DNA of 64,000 nucleotides, taken from assembly GCA_963777605.1 (NCBI GenBank), contig CAVZRV010000006.1, positions 1 through 64,000 of the forward strand, in the 5' to 3' direction. The notes beneath the pieces were generated by a model, which saw nothing but the letters and a program-made list of their open reading frames with translations, had not been told where the DNA came from and made no database searches. Shown here in pieces: positions 62,030 to 64,000 of this stretch. Source of the DNA: an uncultured Acidobacteriota bacterium. Its GTDB lineage: Bacteria; Acidobacteriota; UBA6911; RPQK01; JAPXNP01. Position numbers and translations under genes: made by a program. Positions within the stretch are counted from its first letter, which is position 1; every line of letters starts with the position of its first letter.

Positions 62030-62298
62030 TGGCCGTGTCACAGGCGTCCCCGCCTGTGACCATTGGAATGCATTTCATCGATTATCTGTGGTCACAGCCG
62101 GGATTTTGGTGCCCCCTCGTTGGAGGAGCGCAGACATCTTCACCTGTGACTCTGGGAACGCACTTCATGGTTTCTCTCTGGTCACGGCCGGGATTTTGGT
62201 GCCCCTTCGTTGGGAGGAGTGCAGGCATCCTCGCCTGTGACTCTGGGAACGCACTTTATGGTTTCTCTCTGGTCACGGCCGGGACGGCCGTGCCACCT
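62030..62298. repeat. Three ~90-bp tandem REP/BIME-like palindromic units between convergent genes
   Basis: CCTGTGAC...GGTCAC(A/G)GCCGGGA recurs at about 62053, 62143 and 62234; the last copy overlaps the GH2 3' end. Confidence 0.8.
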
Positions 62299-64000
62299 TC
62301 TTCAGCAAGGTTTCTGAAGAGTTTTTCCGGGGGAGTCTCGCGGTTGTTGAAAGGTCTCAAGTAGATCGTGTACTCGTACTTTTGGGGTAGCACCCGGTAG
62401 GGCTTGAGGGTTTTGATGGCCGTGCAGCCGACGCCGGAAACCGCATGGTCAACATTGAGGGTGATCCCCTCCCCCTTCTTCAGTTGATAGGGGTACTCCG
62501 CCCGGTAAAGGTTGTCGGTCGCAAAGTCGTGGGCGCTCACGTTGAGGAGATCGGTTCCCGCGAAGAAAAGCCCAACGCCATCGTCAGCAGTCAGGGTTCC
62601 CCAGCGGACATCAGTTCGATTTCCATAATCCTGGGGGATCAGATAGGGTTCATACATCTTCTCAATCACTGATGAGTAAACGCCTGTTTTTGCACCGCTT
62701 TTTCGATCCGGCCAGGTTTCGAACGGTCCTCGTCCAAACCAGGTCAACCGGCGCAGAGAGCTGTCGAGAATCGCCGAAACACCAACCCTCCCCAGCCAGT
62801 CGGGCATCTCTCCTTCGGGCTCAAGCGTGTGCGTTATCGAGACCCCTCCGTCGGGAAGGAAGCGGTATCGAAAACCGGAACGAAACCGGGTACTCCCCTC
62901 CGGGTTCTTCAACTCGGTTTCCACCCGGACCACCACCGCCCGCTCAGTCCGGGACTCAACCTCGAACTTTCTGACGGTCCGGGCCAGTGAGTCTATCCCG
63001 AGGGAGAACCACTGTTCCGCCATTCGCGGCTCTCCCCACGAGCGTTCGAACTCGTTCGCGACCGGAGGCCGGAATACGCTTTCCTGAAGGCCTCTTACGA
63101 TCAGTTCTCTGCCCTGCCATGTCAAAGATTTCAGAGACCCGGATCGCGGGTCCACGACCCAACGGTAAGACCCTCCTTCGATCGAAAGCCCCTCTGGTCG
63201 CGACATCACCCGGAATCTGGAACCGGGTGCGGAGCCAGGTTCTCCAGCCACCAGGGCGGGCGCGTTGAGAGGGATCTCTTCCCAAGCCACTTCGTGCCCT
63301 TCTCCGGCCCAAGGAGTAGCTTGACTCAGCAGGAACTGAACCAGGAGGCGATCCTGTCGGGCGCGATCGTCGTCAGTGGGGAGTGAAAAGGGGAGGTCAA
63401 TCTCGCGTGACTCTCCCGGTGCGAGGCTCACTTCAAGTTCTCCCGAATCGATCTTTCTTTCGTCGCGGTAAAGCGTCCATCGAGTCTGAAACTCCGAAAG
63501 ATTGGTGAACCCAAACCGGTTGGTAACCCGTATCCGGTTCGGGCGGGAATCGGAATGCGCGACACTGATCGGCTGCGGGCTCTTCTTCAGTTGCTGGAGT
63601 TCGGGTTGCGCCACCCGATCGGGCCAGACCAGTCCGTAACTGCGGGCCCCGATACCGAGCGAAAAGAAATCTCCCAGGTCCTTGAGAGTGTCGAAATTCA
63701 GATCCAGAACAATCTGTTTCTCATTTATTGCAGAACCTTTAGAGATCTCTTCTTCAGTTAAAGCACGAGCATAAATCCGGACGTTGTCGAAAGCGGCATC
63801 GACCAGGTACCCATCATGCTCCTGCCCAATCATGTCCGCCTTTCTCCCCACGTTCACGGCAAATGCCGAGCGGTCGATGGGGCCAGAATGGCTCCTCGTT
63901 GCGGCGGGGTTGCCGTCAATGTAGAGGCAAAGCCCTGTCCCGTCATAGACGCCGCTGAGTCGGTGCCAACCATAGCTCCAGCCGGCGGGAATGGGTGCTT
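62256..64000 (-). CDS. GH2 beta-galactosidase with LamG insert (5' end beyond window)
   Basis: 'GLVWPDR..QP.L', 'NRFGFTNL', 'WFGRGPFETWPDRK', 'YLIPQDYGNRTDVRW'; frame open to the window edge. Confidence 0.9.
   Translation of the reverse strand, partial: APIPAGWSYGWHRLSGVYDGTGLCLYIDGNPAATRSHSGPIDRSAFAVNVGRKADMIGQEHDGYLVDAAFDNVRIYARALTEEEISKGSAINEKQIVLDLNFDTLKDLGDFFSLGIGARSYGLVWPDRVAQPELQQLKKSPQPISVAHSDSRPNRIRVTNRFGFTNLSEFQTRWTLYRDERKIDSGELEVSLAPGESREIDLPFSLPTDDDRARQDRLLVQFLLSQATPWAGEGHEVAWEEIPLNAPALVAGEPGSAPGSRFRVMSRPEGLSIEGGSYRWVVDPRSGSLKSLTWQGRELIVRGLQESVFRPPVANEFERSWGEPRMAEQWFSLGIDSLARTVRKFEVESRTERAVVVRVETELKNPEGSTRFRSGFRYRFLPDGGVSITHTLEPEGEMPDWLGRVGVSAILDSSLRRLTWFGRGPFETWPDRKSGAKTGVYSSVIEKMYEPYLIPQDYGNRTDVRWGTLTADDGVGLFFAGTDLLNVSAHDFATDNLYRAEYPYQLKKGEGITLNVDHAVSGVGCTAIKTLKPYRVLPQKYEYTIYLRPFNNRETPPEKLFRNLAEEGGTAVPAVTREKP

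Noticed and set aside
62030-62298. Possible CRISPR array
   Set aside because: Whole ~90-bp units are similar with no unique spacers, and no cas genes are present. It fits REP/BIME-like repeats.

Overview
Most of the window (1 to about 57.1 kb) is a genomic island integrated at the 3' end of a tRNA-Lys(UUU) gene (57135..57210, minus strand). A tyrosine integrase and an excisionase-like gene lie beside the tRNA, and the far att site is not visible in the window. The island has four parts. (i) 0.1-25.9 kb is a defence cluster: Mrr-like nuclease, EEP nuclease, Rad50/RloC-like ATPase plus a HEPN-like partner, UDG, DUF2130, a CARF-like sigma54 activator flanked by two sigma54 promoters, a type I R-M deletion scar, a DUF3696 ATPase plus PLD-like partner, Nmad2/Nmad3, two SNF2 helicases, and a HATPase with a Cys-rich HNH-like tail. 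(ii) 26-42 kb is an anti-defence/regulatory block: ArdC, SSB-like protein, Ocr-like acidic protein, ECF sigma, HerA/VirB4-like ATPase and an MNT toxin-antitoxin-like pair. Several of its genes and promoters look archaeal (DPANN-like BRE-TATA boxes, GGTGAT ribosome-binding sites, leaderless starts, strong C+A strand skew). (iii) 42.4-45.6 kb is an ECF sigma, zinc anti-sigma and M48 protease cassette. (iv) 45.9-57.1 kb is a co-oriented core in which a ubiquitin-like E2/two small peptides/JAB/E1 module with no recognisable ubiquitin fold runs directly into a replication-relaxation relaxase, coupling ATPase, primase, Xis and integrase. An exact 10-mer, TGCACTACAA, precedes five establishment or replication genes. 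Beyond the tRNA are host genes with an Acidobacteriota-like character: SGNH-like protein, TonB-dependent receptor, REP-like repeats and a GH2 beta-galactosidase. Island genes carry many single-base frameshifts, probably long-read consensus errors, so several calls join adjacent ORF fragments. All family assignments come from motif recognition, not database searches.
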